Part shown: positions 33,600 to 47,421 of the stretch, one piece after another
Layout: the number at the start of each line of letters is the position of its first letter
Position numbering within the stretch: the stretch's first letter is position 1
NCBI GenBank assembly: GCA_977020255.1
Contig: CDROCS010001687.1
Location: 62,001 to 126,000, forward strand
From: Obrimoposthia wandeli
Taxonomy: Eukaryota
DNA length: 64,000 nt
Direction: 5' to 3'
Position numbers and translations under genes: made by a program
Notes under the pieces: generated by a model
What the model saw: only the letters and a program-made list of their open reading frames with translations
What the model was told of the DNA's origin: nothing
Databases searched by the model: none

Positions 33600-36500
33600 G
33601 GAGGTGAGGCAACATATACCCTTATGGTGTGGCAAGACACCCTTATGGTGTGACACCCTTTAGGAGGGGGTCAAGTGGCTTAGACTCCATCCTTCTACCT
33701 ACTGGCGTTGTTGCGGAGACTACTGTCTTCTTAACGCATCAACTACACCAGACTCCTATCCATTACCACTCATCAACGACTTAACACAAAGAATAGGAGG
33801 AGCCACGATTTTTTCAAAATTAGACCTAAATCGCATACCATCACATCCCAGTAGACACAACATCCATTCAAAAAACAACCATAATAACACCGTTTGGTTA
33901 GTTCGAATGCATCAAAATGCCATTCGGTTTAAAAATATCTGCCGCCACTTTCCAAAGATTCATGGACAATTGCTTCCGAAACACAAAGAACGTTATAACC
34001 TACATTGACGATATTTTAATAGCCAAAAAATAATAAAACAGAAAACGAAACAGACATAACCAACACCATAAAAGTAATTGCCGACAATAACCTCACTCTA
34101 AACAAAGAAAACTGCGTTTATTACTAAACCTCAATGAATGTTTTAGGTTTCACTTTGACTAAACACAGCATACAACCCAATGAGAACAAAATAAAAACAA
34201 TAAAGGAATTTCCACCACCAAACAACATCAAACAACAAAGAGGATTTTTAGGCATGATAAACTTTTATCATAAACATATCAAAAACTGCGCTCACATCAT
34301 TAAACGAAATAATCAAAAATAAACACAAAACAGCGAGAATTAAATTAGACCCACAACAAATGAAACATTTTGATAACGCAAAATACACACTTCTTAGAGC
34401 CACAACACTAACATACCCATTGACAGACATTAAACTCACCTTAACCACAGGCACATCAAACACAGAAATAGGAGCAGTCTTTAACCAAACTGACAAAGAC
34501 AACAACACACTCCCATTATCATTTTTCTCACAAAAACTGAAAGTTCACCAAATCAAATACTCCATATACGACAGAGAACTTCTCACCATCAACCTCGCTA
34601 TGAAACACTTCGAAAAGATACTAATTGATAAAACATTCGACACATTCACCGACCGCAAGCCACTCATACATGCCCTCATAATGTAAAACCCTTCACCTCG
34701 ACAGTCGAGACAACTCAATTACATTTCACAATTCACTACATCCATAAATTATATTCCAGGCTCATCCAACATAATAGCCGATACTTTATCGAGACCACCT
34801 TACACAATCAATAATATAGAACAACTCTTCAAAAGATACGAAATAATAAATAAACAAAACATAAATGAACTTTTACCAAAATCTTTAAACATTACAAACT
34901 CAAACGAAATATGGTATGATATAACAACTCCAGGACTGATCAAAACTATTTTATCAAAAAAACTTAGACAGAAATACATTAAACATTGCCACAATACTCA
35001 TCATCCAGAGATCAAACCTACATTTAATATTGTTAGACAACATTACATTTGGAAAAACATACTAAAAGACATTCAGAATCACGTCAAATCATCTATACAA
35101 TGTAATCTTTATAAATTCCAAAAATATGCAAAAACACAAAACTACACATCACATGCGATACACCCATCCAAAATAATCTCAGACCAAGGCAGACAATTCA
35201 TAAGTGACACTTTTAATGACTTTTGCAACAGGCATAACATCAAACATACAACTACTACCACTTATAACCCACAATCCAACGGAAAAACAGAAAGAATGCA
35301 TAGACGCATTAAGGAAAGCCTATCTTGCTACGAAAAACACCAAAACTGGTCAGAAAACATAGACATAGTCATGATGGGAATACATAATACATCACACAAA
35401 AAAGATAACATAAGTCCAGCACAAAACACTTCAACACAATCCACGAGTAAACTACACCAAAACGAACAAATCCAGCCTCATACCCATCCTTAAATACAAA
35501 CAAGCTTACATAAAACTACATAACACTAATCAATTGAAACCAGAATGTGAAGGTCCATATACAATAATAAAACAAAATAACAAGAATACAACATTAATAA
35601 ATTAAAAAAAACGACCCTAATAAACAACTGTAACGTCAAAATAGTTTCACCCACCAACAAAATACAAAAACACACAAAATTTAAAAACAAAACTGAAACA
35701 ATAAACTCTTAAAACTCCTCAAAACCATTAGCGTTGAACAGGATAACCACTATAAAAACCTCACTTCTTTTACAACCCAAACAACCACATCAACTCTCAA
35801 AAAAAACTATTGTGGAACAGGATAACCACCATAATAACCTATAACCGACTCACCCATAATACCCTCTCAACCTTAAAAGTCATCAAATTCGAAGAACAAT
35901 TTTTTCGAAACGCACCTTTCTTAATGCGTTTCAATTTTCCCTGTTTCAATGTTCCTTTTAATTCGTTTCCTTTGTTACTTACACTATGTTTATATTTATT
36001 CTCTTGTTTTGCTCCTTCTCTGTTACTCTATAACTTGGGGTAAAAGTTAAATGTCGTGATTTAATTTAAAATAAAACTGTAAATTAAATGAAATTAAATT
36101 AAATAAAATAAAATAAAAAGGAATAAAATAATAATAGAAAATGATGATGTCCCATTGAGGAAAATAATTGCATTCAAAAATAAGAAATTATTATATATTA
36201 ATGGATCAATGATCATTTATTTTCATTTGAGGCATAATTGTTATATACTTGGTTGCCAATTTAATTAGCAGAAAAATCAAGAAAACCATAACAATAAGAA
36301 TTTAAAATCAAATAACAAACCAGTTCAAAAATAAAATCGGCAACAAAATCAAATCACAATCCCACAAAACAATCGTTCATCCAACAACCAAACAACCAGG
36401 CAAACCCTCACAACATCATTTCCTTACATCATTTGTAGTTATCAACAAATATATCATTTATATCTTATATCATTTAATCTTTTCACCAAAAAACCCTACA

Positions 36501-38787
36501 ACAGTCAAAAGTGATTCGAGCACAATGTTCACATGAAAAATGATTCAAAATATTGATCGAATGCTGGAGAACATAATCTGGATGGAAGTTATGATGAAAA
36601 AAACTATGTATGATTATAGTTTTAAAACAAAAGTTTGATTCACATATCTTTCTTTTATTGGTCGAGTAAATTACCTTTTAGCCCTACATTATTTAATAAA
36701 AGTTACACATAGTTACCATCACTTTTGAGGATTTTTCTTATGGCTTCTGATAGTTTCTGACAGAATCAAAAATTTGAATTTTTTTGTGGCTTTTCTTTCG
36801 TTCCCTACATGGTTTCTGATCAAATAAGTATTTTTTATTCTTTGTCGTCTTGACACAGTCTTCAGACCAAACATTATTCACAAAATTATATGTTTCAGTT
36901 TCCTCCAGGCTCTTTCAATTAGATAATACAGAAAATAAACAAACCCACATAAAATGTCACAAAGATGCATTAAAGTAAATATTTATAAATTCTGTAGTTT
37001 TGTAATGTACAAATCAGAAGCCGGAAATATCATGCCAATATAATTTGTTTCAAAGTTCATATTTAAAATAAATAAATCTTATGTTTGTAGAATCTGACTT
37101 TTGAGTTATGTCTATGAAGGAAAACATAATTGATTTATATATAAACTATAGGTATCCAACCATAAAATGAAACTAAATGATCTTCGATTATATATTTTAC
37201 AGCAGACATTTATTTTATAATAACCTAAATTACTTATTTAATCGTATATGTTTTAAATACTTTTGCTTTTCATTTTAGGTTTTTTACCCGTATGCTATAA
37301 ATCATTTAATTACTTTAAAGAATTTTTAAACTTCTCCAGAGAGATATTGTGATGTACGTTTTGTTTATAACTGTTTTCAGTGAGGCTATAGTATTTTGAT
37401 TTTTATAGAATTTTATACCTTAAAATAAATTTCAAATAGGCCTAAGATTTCAATATAAGCTAACCAATTAGTATTTCAACTAAAGAATACAGATGATAAT
37501 AATAATCGCAATATCTACTGATATAAACAAAATTCGAAACGCCAGTTGATATCACAGGAGAGAGCAGAAGAATGAAAGAGAGCGAAAGAAGAAAGACACA
37601 CAAAGAAAAAAAAATGAGAAAATATCAAATGTTTATTAGTAAGAATTTGGCAAAGTTATATCAGGAGCAGTTACGCCAGAAAAGCTGCTAGTGTGGTAAT
37701 GGTACTAGGTCTGATCAGTTCACTTCATATAATTATGCACAGTGTCATTAACCAGCGAATCGATTGCTCTGTAGACATGTCAAGGTAGTTAATAACCAAG
37801 TCGTGGCAGGTAACCTCGAATCCAGACAGTTTATCAAGATTATGTTGACAAAGACGGCCCAATGGGACAGTTCGGCTTGATCTCGGCCGCTAGAAGCTGG
37901 TACTTCTTAAATTATTAAAATTATACCGATTATAACCAGATTTCAAATAAAAAAGCTTGTTATATGAGAGACCAAGTTATGTGAAGGTTTTAATAGTAAT
38001 GGAGAATTTAGATATATTACGTTGGGAAATGAAAACTCATAAAAACTATCAATAAAAGATTCAACTCAAATGAACAAGAGATAATTTTTGAAGTTTGTAA
38101 TGCAAATTTATCTATTAATTTTTTAATTGAAACCATTGAAGCACTTTAAGAACATTATGAAAAGTTTCTGTGACATCTAGTTGAAGGTAAAATAAAATGC
38201 GTATCATCAAATGACAGTCTTAGAGATCCTGTAATAAATGTTTGACGCGGGATCATTAGATTCTAAATTTATTTTATACTCAAATAATGTAAAATATAAT
38301 AGGAAACAATTATTTTTATTATTATATTTTTATCATTCCTTTCTTGTTATGATTAAAAAATCAAAACTCAAGTAAATATATTTTCATTGTGCACAATTGA
38401 CAGCTGAATCATATACCTGTTCTATTCAGATAATATTCATTTCGTAAACTACTTTTAAATGCTTCACTAATACTACACATAAAAAAACATTTTAAAAAGA
38501 ATGCAGTTGGGAGATTTGTAAGTTTATCTTTCATTTTGTCAAAGCATATGTTTGATGTTAAACTAAATTACTCAACATTTCATCGTTCATTATAAATCTT
38601 AAGTAAGTCTCAACTATTATTAATAATTGAAATTAATTTTTGTAGAATCGAAATAAACTTTTGCAATATTTTAGAATATATATGTCTTCCGTACACTGTA
38701 CAGTTGTGGTTGTATACATTATACAGATGCTGCCAATATGCATATTATATCCTCTAGCAGGATTTTAATAGACTTTTCTCATTGCAG

Positions 38788-39136
38788 TCAGCTCAGCACT
38801 CAGTCAGATTCGATGAGCTCTCGACGAGTCGCTACAACATGCTTTACGTTGTGGCCAATCGTCATTCAGTGGAGTTTCCAGAGCAATTGGTGACTTATGT
38901 CAGCGACACAACCAAGAGTACCGGTGTCCAGCAACGAGTCGAGGTTCGCTGGCGGGCCAGTATGACACTCCACAGTGTGGCCTCATGCTCGTCAAGCGAC
39001 GAATACTTCACGAATAACACTCCTCGTCACTTCTATGTAAAGTTCTCTGATCGGCGCTACTGCAACTCAGACTGCATAAATTTTCAATGTCGTATGATGT
39101 GCCTTAGCATACCACACGTGTTTTCTCACGTCCCCG
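38788..39136 (+). CDS. C-terminal half of the second G2F-like domain plus 4-Cys tail (phase 0-1)
   Basis: ttgcag|tca gct ... ccc g|gtaag. HSVRFDE, RHSVEFP and CNSDCINFQCRMMC align with ESVPLDE, GRSVEFP and CNNRCNANGSICHPYC. Confidence 0.75.
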
Positions 39137-40110
39137 GTAAGTACTATTTTAAAAAATCAAATAAAAATAAATCGAATCAAATTAACCTTAATAAAAATGT
39201 AATATTAAATTGTAGGATATCCGAGTAAAATTAATCTAAATTCGATTAAAGTTTCACTAATTCGACCCAGAAAAATAATAAATAAGAGTATAAATTGCGC
39301 TGTAGATTCTTGTGTTTATATTCTATATAACTTATGTAAATATATTAAGAATATATTAAAGAAGGATATTGTGTTTATTATTTTGAATATTAAAATAGAA
39401 AACCAACAACCAGTGTAGTGATTTAACATTGTTAATCTTGTGAAGAAAAGCAAAAAAATGACCAGTTTTGCTATTTATGTTAGTCTGTTTGTGGGGATTT
39501 GCATCCTGATATTACTGAAGATAAGGCAGCAAAGGATCGAATGAGTTTCGAGAACACTTCGTTTTCACGTTCTATAATGATGTTAAATCAGAAATATATA
39601 AACTTTGATTCAAAATCGATGAATTTTTACGTGTATATTTGAATTATAATAATATTCAAAAAAAATATAATAGCTTGTGAAAATAATATTTTACAATATA
39701 TAACGTCAAGTATAATTTAAAACAGAGTAATAATGACGTAAAATAATATAATGTAACTATTAAAATTATGCTAAATTTATAATTATACTTTAATAACAAA
39801 TATAGCAATATATATATGTATAAGTTTTAAATGTTAACTTATTCAAATCTTGAAATTTGTTATATCCGAAATATATATTGTTATTTTACTGTGAAATATT
39901 AACATTTTTAAAGATAAACAGAAGCATCAGTTTCGAAATTTATGTTCAATCATATATATTTGACACTAAGTCTTGTTACTGAAAATTTAAATGTAATTGC
40001 TTTTAAATCTTCTTCAAAATTGACATGATTAAAGAAAAGATTAGTAATAAATATTTAGCTAATACTTCAACCTAGATTGTATCAATCACAAGCATTAGTC
40101 AAATGATATA

Positions 40111-40900
40111 CAGTGCGTTCCATAAAAAAATTCTTTAGAACACAAAAGAATGATATATTTTTATAATAATCTATTTGAAAATATTTTTATAATATTGCAA
40201 TTTAATAATTTAACTTTACTTTTCGATATTACATTCCTTATAAGAAATTACAGCCTCAGGTCTTAATGGTACCAAATTTATTACTTTTCGAAGTAAGTCT
40301 TGATCAATATTTTCAACACATTTTTTTATCATTGATTTTAATGAATTTAAAGTATTTATTGATTTCCGGTATACTTTAACTTTTCCATTAATCTCAAAGA
40401 AAATGACTGTTGTGTTGAGATTTAAGTAAAGAGGTGGCCATGAAAAGTCAAAATGATGACTCATAACGCAACTATTCAAAAATGTCTTCTTTAAATTTTT
40501 AAAAATATTATTTTCGATGTGACTAGGAGCACCATCTTGCTAAAAAGTGAATTGTTTACGTTTATTACGCTTCGTTTATGACATAGTTCTTTAGCATGTT
40601 TAGGTATTTGAACTAATTTAAAGTTCCATCAAAATTATAAGGTTTGAACTTTGAACCTACAGCACACTAACACATAATTTACATGTGTCACTTTTCCTTA
40701 CTTAATTTGTACAGGAACACCAACACGAAGAGATTTTACGTATCCTTAAAGACTGAGGTAAGCTTCAACTATCTTAAAATATTTTTCAGATTTATACGTC
40801 CTTTCAGACATTAGAACGCGATTTTCATAATCATAGAGTAATCATTCTTGAACGGTTTGTTCGGTTTAAACGTCATTTACGCAGTCTTATGTAAACAGTG
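40111..40900 (-). mobile_element. Tc1/mariner transposase relic
   Basis: Minus strand has F*QDGAPSH, SWPP..LN and KVY..NTLNSLKSMI..LLRKVINLVPLRPEAVI. Probable TIR TA|CAGTGCGTTCC at 40111; the partner TIR was not found. Confidence 0.7.
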
Positions 40901-41099
40901 ATTTTACTTCAGCCAACATCACTTGCAATTAATGATAATGATGTCAAACCCTTCATATTATTTTTTGTTTGTAGCCTGTGATTATTAGTAGCTTGTTTTA
41001 TTATCTAGTCTTCTAGATATTAGCACTTTTCAAATTTAGTTGAATAAAACTTGTTATTAGTTTCACTTCAATTTATTCAACTAAATTTTACTCATCGAT

Positions 41100-41235
41100 G
41101 GAGAAACTCTTTACTTTTACAAAACTGGAAGGTAAATCTGAAACCGAGTATAAACATTGGAAACGGATTTTCGACTTAACTACAAACCGGACCAAAGCGA
41201 CGGTCGAAGAAAAACTTATTCTCCTCATCAGTATT
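41100..41235 (+). mobile_element. Possible short BEL/Pao gag (DUF1759-like) relic
   Basis: Reads KLEGKSETEYKHWKRIFDLTTNRTKATVEEKLILL; weak motif match only. Confidence 0.35.
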
Positions 41236-42244
41236 AAAGTATTGAAATTGAAATTACAATTGTAGAAAAATCAGTTATTGAAAAATGATGCTTCACATTT
41301 CCTTCTCAACAATTTTAATATTATTAAAAGATTGAAAAAAATATGCTATTTTGTTTAAACTTTGGCTAACAAAATCGATTAGAGATTAAAAGAAAAAAAT
41401 ATGACAAAATTTTCGAAATTCTGTCATTCTTATTTACTGTTTACCATAGTGCCAATAAAACTTCAACTGAAAGTTATTAATTTACAATGCAATAACGATA
41501 TAAAAACAAATATATAGAATATGAAACTAAAATTGAATTTTATAAAAAAGTTTTTATTTGAATCAAAATGGACGAATTTTAAAAAAATCTTAATTTTAAA
41601 TTAAAAGTAAGACTTGTAAAATGGATAAAAACATGAAAAATCAGCTACACATATACACAACTAAAATTGAACCTAACTTACAATTGCTAACAAAAATAAC
41701 TAAAACTCTCATTAAAAATAACATCAATAAAATTTATCAAAAATAATATTCAAGAATTTAAAACATAAAAGATTTTGAATCGAATCTAATTAACCTGATT
41801 ATGTTATTGTTTTGTATAGACATTGTTTTATTTTTACTTTGGCTCCATGTTTTCTTAATTTCTTTTAATGTGGTCCCTTAATTAATTTGGGTTAGACATA
41901 TCTGATATAAGGGTATAATCTCAAGGTCATTCAATGTTATTCATATTGATTTTATAGGTTAATAATATTAAATTGACAACTTAATGCTTAAAGGTCTAAT
42001 TTGCCTAAAACCTTAAAAATAAAGATTATAAATATTTAGATTTTTAGAAAAGTAAACGCTTATAAAAACCAAAAAGTAATTGACGGTTTGACTGTTTATC
42101 AATTAAATTTGCATCAAAGTTAAAAGAAAAATTTTAAATCGGGTCAAGGCGAATATTATTTTAAATAAGATAATTTGTTTTGATATCAAACGATTAATTA
42201 AAGCTAAAAAGAATTTAATATGGTTTTATTTATTTACTAACTAG

Positions 42245-45175
42245 ATTGGCGTGAGACTTGGAAACAGACAGATATTTGCGAGCCTTAAAACGGTTTATGG
42301 GAAGACCGGACAAGCCGCAATTAATCATTTCTGATAATGGAACCAATTTTAAGATAGCAACGAATGTCGTACAGGAACTCAGAGTGGATGACTACAAGAT
42401 GCGAGAAGTGTTACGGAAGAGAGCTTGATCAAGATCGTCAAGAAGGCGATATGAATCGTACTGGTGAACGCAGATTTAAGTGACGAAGAGTTAATGACAG
42501 TATTGTGGAAGTAGATGAACTGTTGAGTTCACAACCTATACGTCTCAATCGGTATACAGCAAAGAAGAACTACCGTTAAGACCGAAGGATTTCATGATGA
42601 GTGGACGAGAATAACATCTGAAACATTAGACCACATTAACTGAGGGAGGAAAATTTCCACATCGATGGTGTAAAATGCAGGTGGTAAATCTTATGTGGAA
42701 GAGATGGATGTGCGAAATGGTACCTACTTAAGTTAGAAGAGCTAATTGGAGGAGCACTGAAAAACCGTTGCGGTAGTACAACTGGTGTGAATATTAGGCG
42801 GGAAAATGAGCAAGGAGTATGGCCTTTAGGAAGGATCAAAGAGTTAAGGAGAGACAAGGGATTGGAAACGAGAAGCTGTGTAGTAGTTATAGACTGTAAA
42901 AAGTACATGCGGTTAAAAGAAAAATTGTGTCCACTAGAAGTAGAAAGAAGAGAAGCATGAGGGAAGGAGAGGGGATGTCTGATGTGTAGACTAAGTTGGT
43001 TGTGTTTGTAACAAGTCATCAGACAGACGCTGTCCCCAGAGGTTGCTTAAAGTTGCACATTAGGCCATCTCCCGAATATGAATTGGTTAGATTTGAGGAA
43101 AAGAGGTATGACAGTAAATGACAATAGGTTGATAAACCAAGACACGGGGTTTGATCAAGGAGAAGGGAATGTTCTGACGTGAGATCAGATGTTTTGGGCT
43201 ATTGAAATTTATTGGTGGCTTGGTTGCATTGAGAGACGGGAGGTGTATGGGTTGTAGGGGAGACCGGGGCTAGTTGGCGCAACTTTTGTGTTTTTGCATT
43301 TTTTAGTAGGAACATATTATTTTTGATCCTTTTGTTATATTATTTTGATTTAATATGATATTATAACTTAAAAAACATTAAAAAATCAATTATACTACCC
43401 CTGCTTAAAACATATTTTATGATTCTTTAAAAGAAACTAAACTGCGCCAATTTGCCCCATCACGGGGTAAGTTGGCCCAATGGTTGGGGTAATTTGGCGC
43501 ATCAAAGGGGAAATAAGTACCTACCTATGTAAATATGTATCGTTAACATTAAAAACTCAATTAAAATTTTTCAACAAAACTGCATTATGTATTGGAAATA
43601 GGATATTATACATACATACATGCGTAAGTATAAATGCAACAGGATATCATAATCAATTATTTAAGCAGAAGTCACAGCGATAACAGTCGTTTTCTTCTGT
43701 ACAAAGAACATGAGCCCACTGTTTACAAATAAGACATTGAATCCAATCTTCTCCAGGTCTGGATTTATCGAATGACTCGCCACACACCAAACATAGGTAT
43801 GTGTATTACTTACTTGAAGTAGATGCTCCTACATTTAATCTCGTTACTCTTCTTTTCATGGGAGTTTTTGTAACATCTGTAAATACATATATTTAATTTT
43901 TTGAAGTTATATAGTACCTACCAAAATTAGATTTCTTACCTGGAGAATTGTTACAGATTTCGGTTAAAATTTTTGATTCTCGCTTCTTTCTCTGTCGTCT
44001 CATTGGATTTTTTGGCAAAGCTTTATTAAAGGGGCGTATTATTTCAGGTGATACAATAATTGGATTGGCGAAAGTAGAGTCGTGATGACTTGGCACAGAA
44101 GCTGACAAACTAGAAGCAACTTGAAAGGTCGTAGGATTAGAAGCATCTTGAGGAGTCGTAGGATCTGGACCTGGAACTGGTCTATCGAAAACAAAGTTCG
44201 GTGAAAAATCTTCCTCTTTAAACACGTCTCGGTTATAAGGAAATATTCCAGTACAACTGAATCCGGCTTCGATGTTCTGTTTTGTCATTGCTGACAAAAA
44301 AGATACTTTTACTATTCCTGGAATATCATAAATGGTCATAGATTGACCTGGATGATTTAACAGCCACACATCTGATGCTCTGTTCACATATTTCTTGAAT
44401 GGTCCATAGACCGATCGATCAAGAGGCTGCAATTTATGACTGCAATGTGGCGGAAAAGAAAGCATTACAATTCCATTATTTTCGGCATACTCCAAAGCAC
44501 CTTGTATTTTGGACAAAATGTCTCAGATATTGTTGGAACAATAGTTCTGCGCCAACGTACCCCTGCCAACTTGCCCCGGCTATCCATTCTTTAAGAAAGA
44601 CTTCCTATTATATATTTATCAATTAATATTTATAATACAATCACTTTATGTTATAGAGAACTTCACAATAATCTAATAAATGTGAATTTCTAATCCTTTA
44701 ATAGGTATTTACCATCAAAAGTACATCAATGCTACAAAAGTTAATAATTCACTTACACGTCAGTATATCAAATAAGCACGATATATTTTCAAATATTACG
44801 CCAAATTGAAAAGTACATACGAATTGTTTTTCACCTCATTAAAACCAATGATTTATCATATAAAGCAGAGATATATACACTACACCTATGGATATATTAG
44901 CAGTGCACCAACTTGCCCCTGTAGCCAACTAGCCCCGGTCTCCCCTATGTGTGTTTGTCCGGTTGCGTTGTTAGTGTAAATCGCGTGGAAACATTTTATT
45001 GTGTTATTGATGTTTTGATGTGTGTTGGTTGCCGTTTCCAAGATGGGAAGATAAATTAAGACTGATACGTTGAGTTTTGAATTTAAATATAAATTTATTA
45101 TTATTAATCTAAAATGGTTGTCTTTTTGATGATGGAACATGAGCCCACACCCGAACCCATGCCAATCTACTAACA
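42245..45175 (+). mobile_element. 3' part of a BEL/Pao element (integrase, DUF5641, PPT, 3' LTR); the LTR is interrupted by a pogo element
   Basis: PQLIISDNGTNF; LIKIVKKAI..DEELMTVL; WPLGRIKELRRDKG..KLCPLEVE; purine tract gggaaggagagggga followed by TGTCTG at ~42976; probable LTR end ...CTACTAACA near 45175. Confidence 0.75.
43257..44945 (-). mobile_element. pogo/Fot1-like DNA transposon (DDE_1), 5'-deleted and non-autonomous, 1689 bp
   Basis: Perfect 22-bp TIR GGGGAGACCGGGGCTAGTTGGC with TA TSDs; FPPHCSHKLQPLDRSVYGPFK..GFSCTGIFP; C-terminal PHD-like CLVCGE..WIQCLICKQWAHVLC..CYRCDFC. Confidence 0.92.
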
Positions 45176-47307
45176 AAAGTATTGAACAATTTTCAAAAAA
45201 TAATAGTAAATGAAAAGGTTTTAATTCTATGGTTAAAATGATGTAGCATGGAAATATAATTTTAATAAATACACACTTAATATAAAGTAATTTTTAAGAT
45301 TTCACTATCTGAAATTTAACAAAATAGTTATATATTTATGTTAATATTTGAATGTTACAACCACGAACGTAATAATTTTCAATTTTCACCAATGTCGAAT
45401 GTTCAGTTAAAATTTGGACTTTTCTAAATTTTCAAAGGGATATTTTGGTAACTTGGTAACTTGGAGAATTCAGATCGAAAAATAAATATTAAGGTAATTG
45501 AGCTGGAAAATAGATAATATAATACAATTCAGTCATTTTTTTATTTAGACTTAAATTGCCGTTGTAGAATTCTATCGATTAAAGATAAATACAGAAATAA
45601 AAAATGATACAAATCTTATTTCAAGTTCATAATATTTCAAATTACTATTTTAGTTATTAAAAAATGTGATTTAAATAGGTTAAATATAATTTTGAATTTA
45701 AACATAAAATAAACTATTTTACAAAATAATATTTGTTAAATAAATAATTGTTACAAAAAATTAATTTAAACTCCACAACAATTATAAAGAATTAATATTC
45801 TAAACTTAAGTTCTATTTCATTGAAAAGTTAGTATAATTTATTTAATATTATAACCTATATGCAAAGTTTTAGAAATAAATTCTATCAAATTCAGTTTTG
45901 TTTGAAATTTTCACTATTTAAAAGCATTTAAACAAAATAAATTACATATTTTATTGTAAAAAATCTCAGTGTTTACAGACAATTTAGCAGTTACAAATAA
46001 TAGAATTAATATCTTATAAATATTTACCTTTATTTTAAATATGTTGTTTTAATTTTCAGAACTACCGAATTGGGATTATTTTCTTGGTAAATTAAAACTT
46101 TTGACATTTTAGAACTAGAACGTCTATATAAAAATATATTATTTTAAACTCTTGTCATTCTATGAAGAAAATACGTTGCACACATGATAAAAAATAAATA
46201 AACCACAACGTTAGAAATGTGAATATAATTGTGAATAAAAATTAATCTATATACAGAATTTTGCTTGAATTAAAGCATTATAAAATTTTATAACAGTTAA
46301 AACGAAACAATATTAAATTTTGAAACTACATATGTGGAAAATACATATGTTATGTAGATAAAAATATGCAAATACAACGTTTTTATCGGTATTTTAAAAA
46401 CTCTGGAATTTTACTGCGTACATTTTTGACAACAAAAAAATATAAATATATACCATGCAGTTGAAATAAAATTTGCTTTTATGCTAACTATAAAACCAAT
46501 CAAATATAACAAAATCTTTTTAAGGAACAGAATTAAATACCTATTTTATGATGTTAAATAATATCGCATTCACCGAATACACAGATAAAGAATAAACAAG
46601 GTTAACATACATGTTTGTTCTTAAGCAATAATTTTTTATTATTGTTTTTAAGTAATTTTATTATTTCAGATTGACTTGAATAAAACTAAAAATTTCAAAT
46701 CACGAAAGGTTAAGTATTATTTCAATGATACAACAATGAAAATTCAAATATACGAGAGAAAAATAATCAAAAGAATGAATCTTTAAGAAATAGAGAATGA
46801 AAATAAATAACGAATAATCATTGTGTTAATAAGCAACTTAAAGAAAGCAAAATAATCATGTTAGGATTTTGAGATATCGACATGGTCAGAAAACATTTTT
46901 TTCATATGGAAAATAAAGTTTTTTCCCGGTTTTGGATGTCCATTCACACAGAAAACGGTATTTGGTGCATCAATTCTGCGTTCCTAAAAGAGGCCATACG
47001 ACTTTGAAATCAACATATACTTGAAAACTATATTTAGGTTAACCAATAAAATTTATTAATATTTGCAAATTAGAATACGTTCCCTGTATTTGTGCAAATG
47101 GAAAAGGAGAGAAAATATTACCATTTTGACGTATCATTAAGAAACACTGAGATCATGAAAAAAAATTAAAAATGCTTTTGGAAATGAAATCATAATTTTA
47201 ATATTTTGACGTAGTCAGAATGCAAAATTATTGTCAAATGAAATAGCATATTAATTTATTATAATAATAATCATAACATAAGGAATTTCAAATATATATT
47301 TTTCTAG

Positions 47308-47421
47308 ATTTCTGTGATGCAAACATCTGTGGAGAAAACAAAGTATGTCACAATCTGAAAGATACATATGAATGTCGCTGTCAATTCGGGCTAACTTTAT
47401 TATCGAATGGAGAATGCGAAG
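47308..47421 (+). CDS. Calcium-binding-type EGF exon (phase 1-1)
   Basis: ttctag|at ttc tgt ... DFCDANICGENKVCHNLKDTYECRCQFGLTLLSNGECE g|gtaaat; contains the C-x-N-x4-Y-x-C-x-C consensus. Confidence 0.88.

Larger units (their letters stand above)
24801..33703. mobile_element. Polinton/Maverick (endogenous adintovirus-like element), 8.9 kb, probable deletion derivative
   Basis: TIRs AGTAGGTAGAAGGATGGAGTCTAAGCCACTTGACCC... at 24801-24886 and 33619-33703; 6-bp TSD GGCGTT at 24795-24800 and 33704-33709; pPolB, ATPase, integrase and penton inside. Confidence 0.97.
23159..36415 (+). mobile_element. Decayed Ty3/gypsy LTR retrotransposon, interrupted by the Polinton
   Basis: Diverged LTRs both start TGTCGTGA (23159 and 36052; the 3' LTR ends ...CACAACA at 36415). 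RT: IRPSDSPWSS..EWR|CCGD..PDSYPLP..IFSKLDL..MPFGLK..TYIDDILI. RNase H: PLSFFSQKL..YSIYDRELL. Integrase: IISDQGRQF..YNPQSNGKTERMHR. Many stops and frameshifts; no clean TSD. Confidence 0.9.

Noticed and set aside
36420-38150. Possible piggyBac-like relic (minus strand *TLKQIILA*YFRLLICTLQNYRIYK near 37000)
   Set aside because: A single weak motif, no TTAA-bounded TIRs identified; too degenerate to call.
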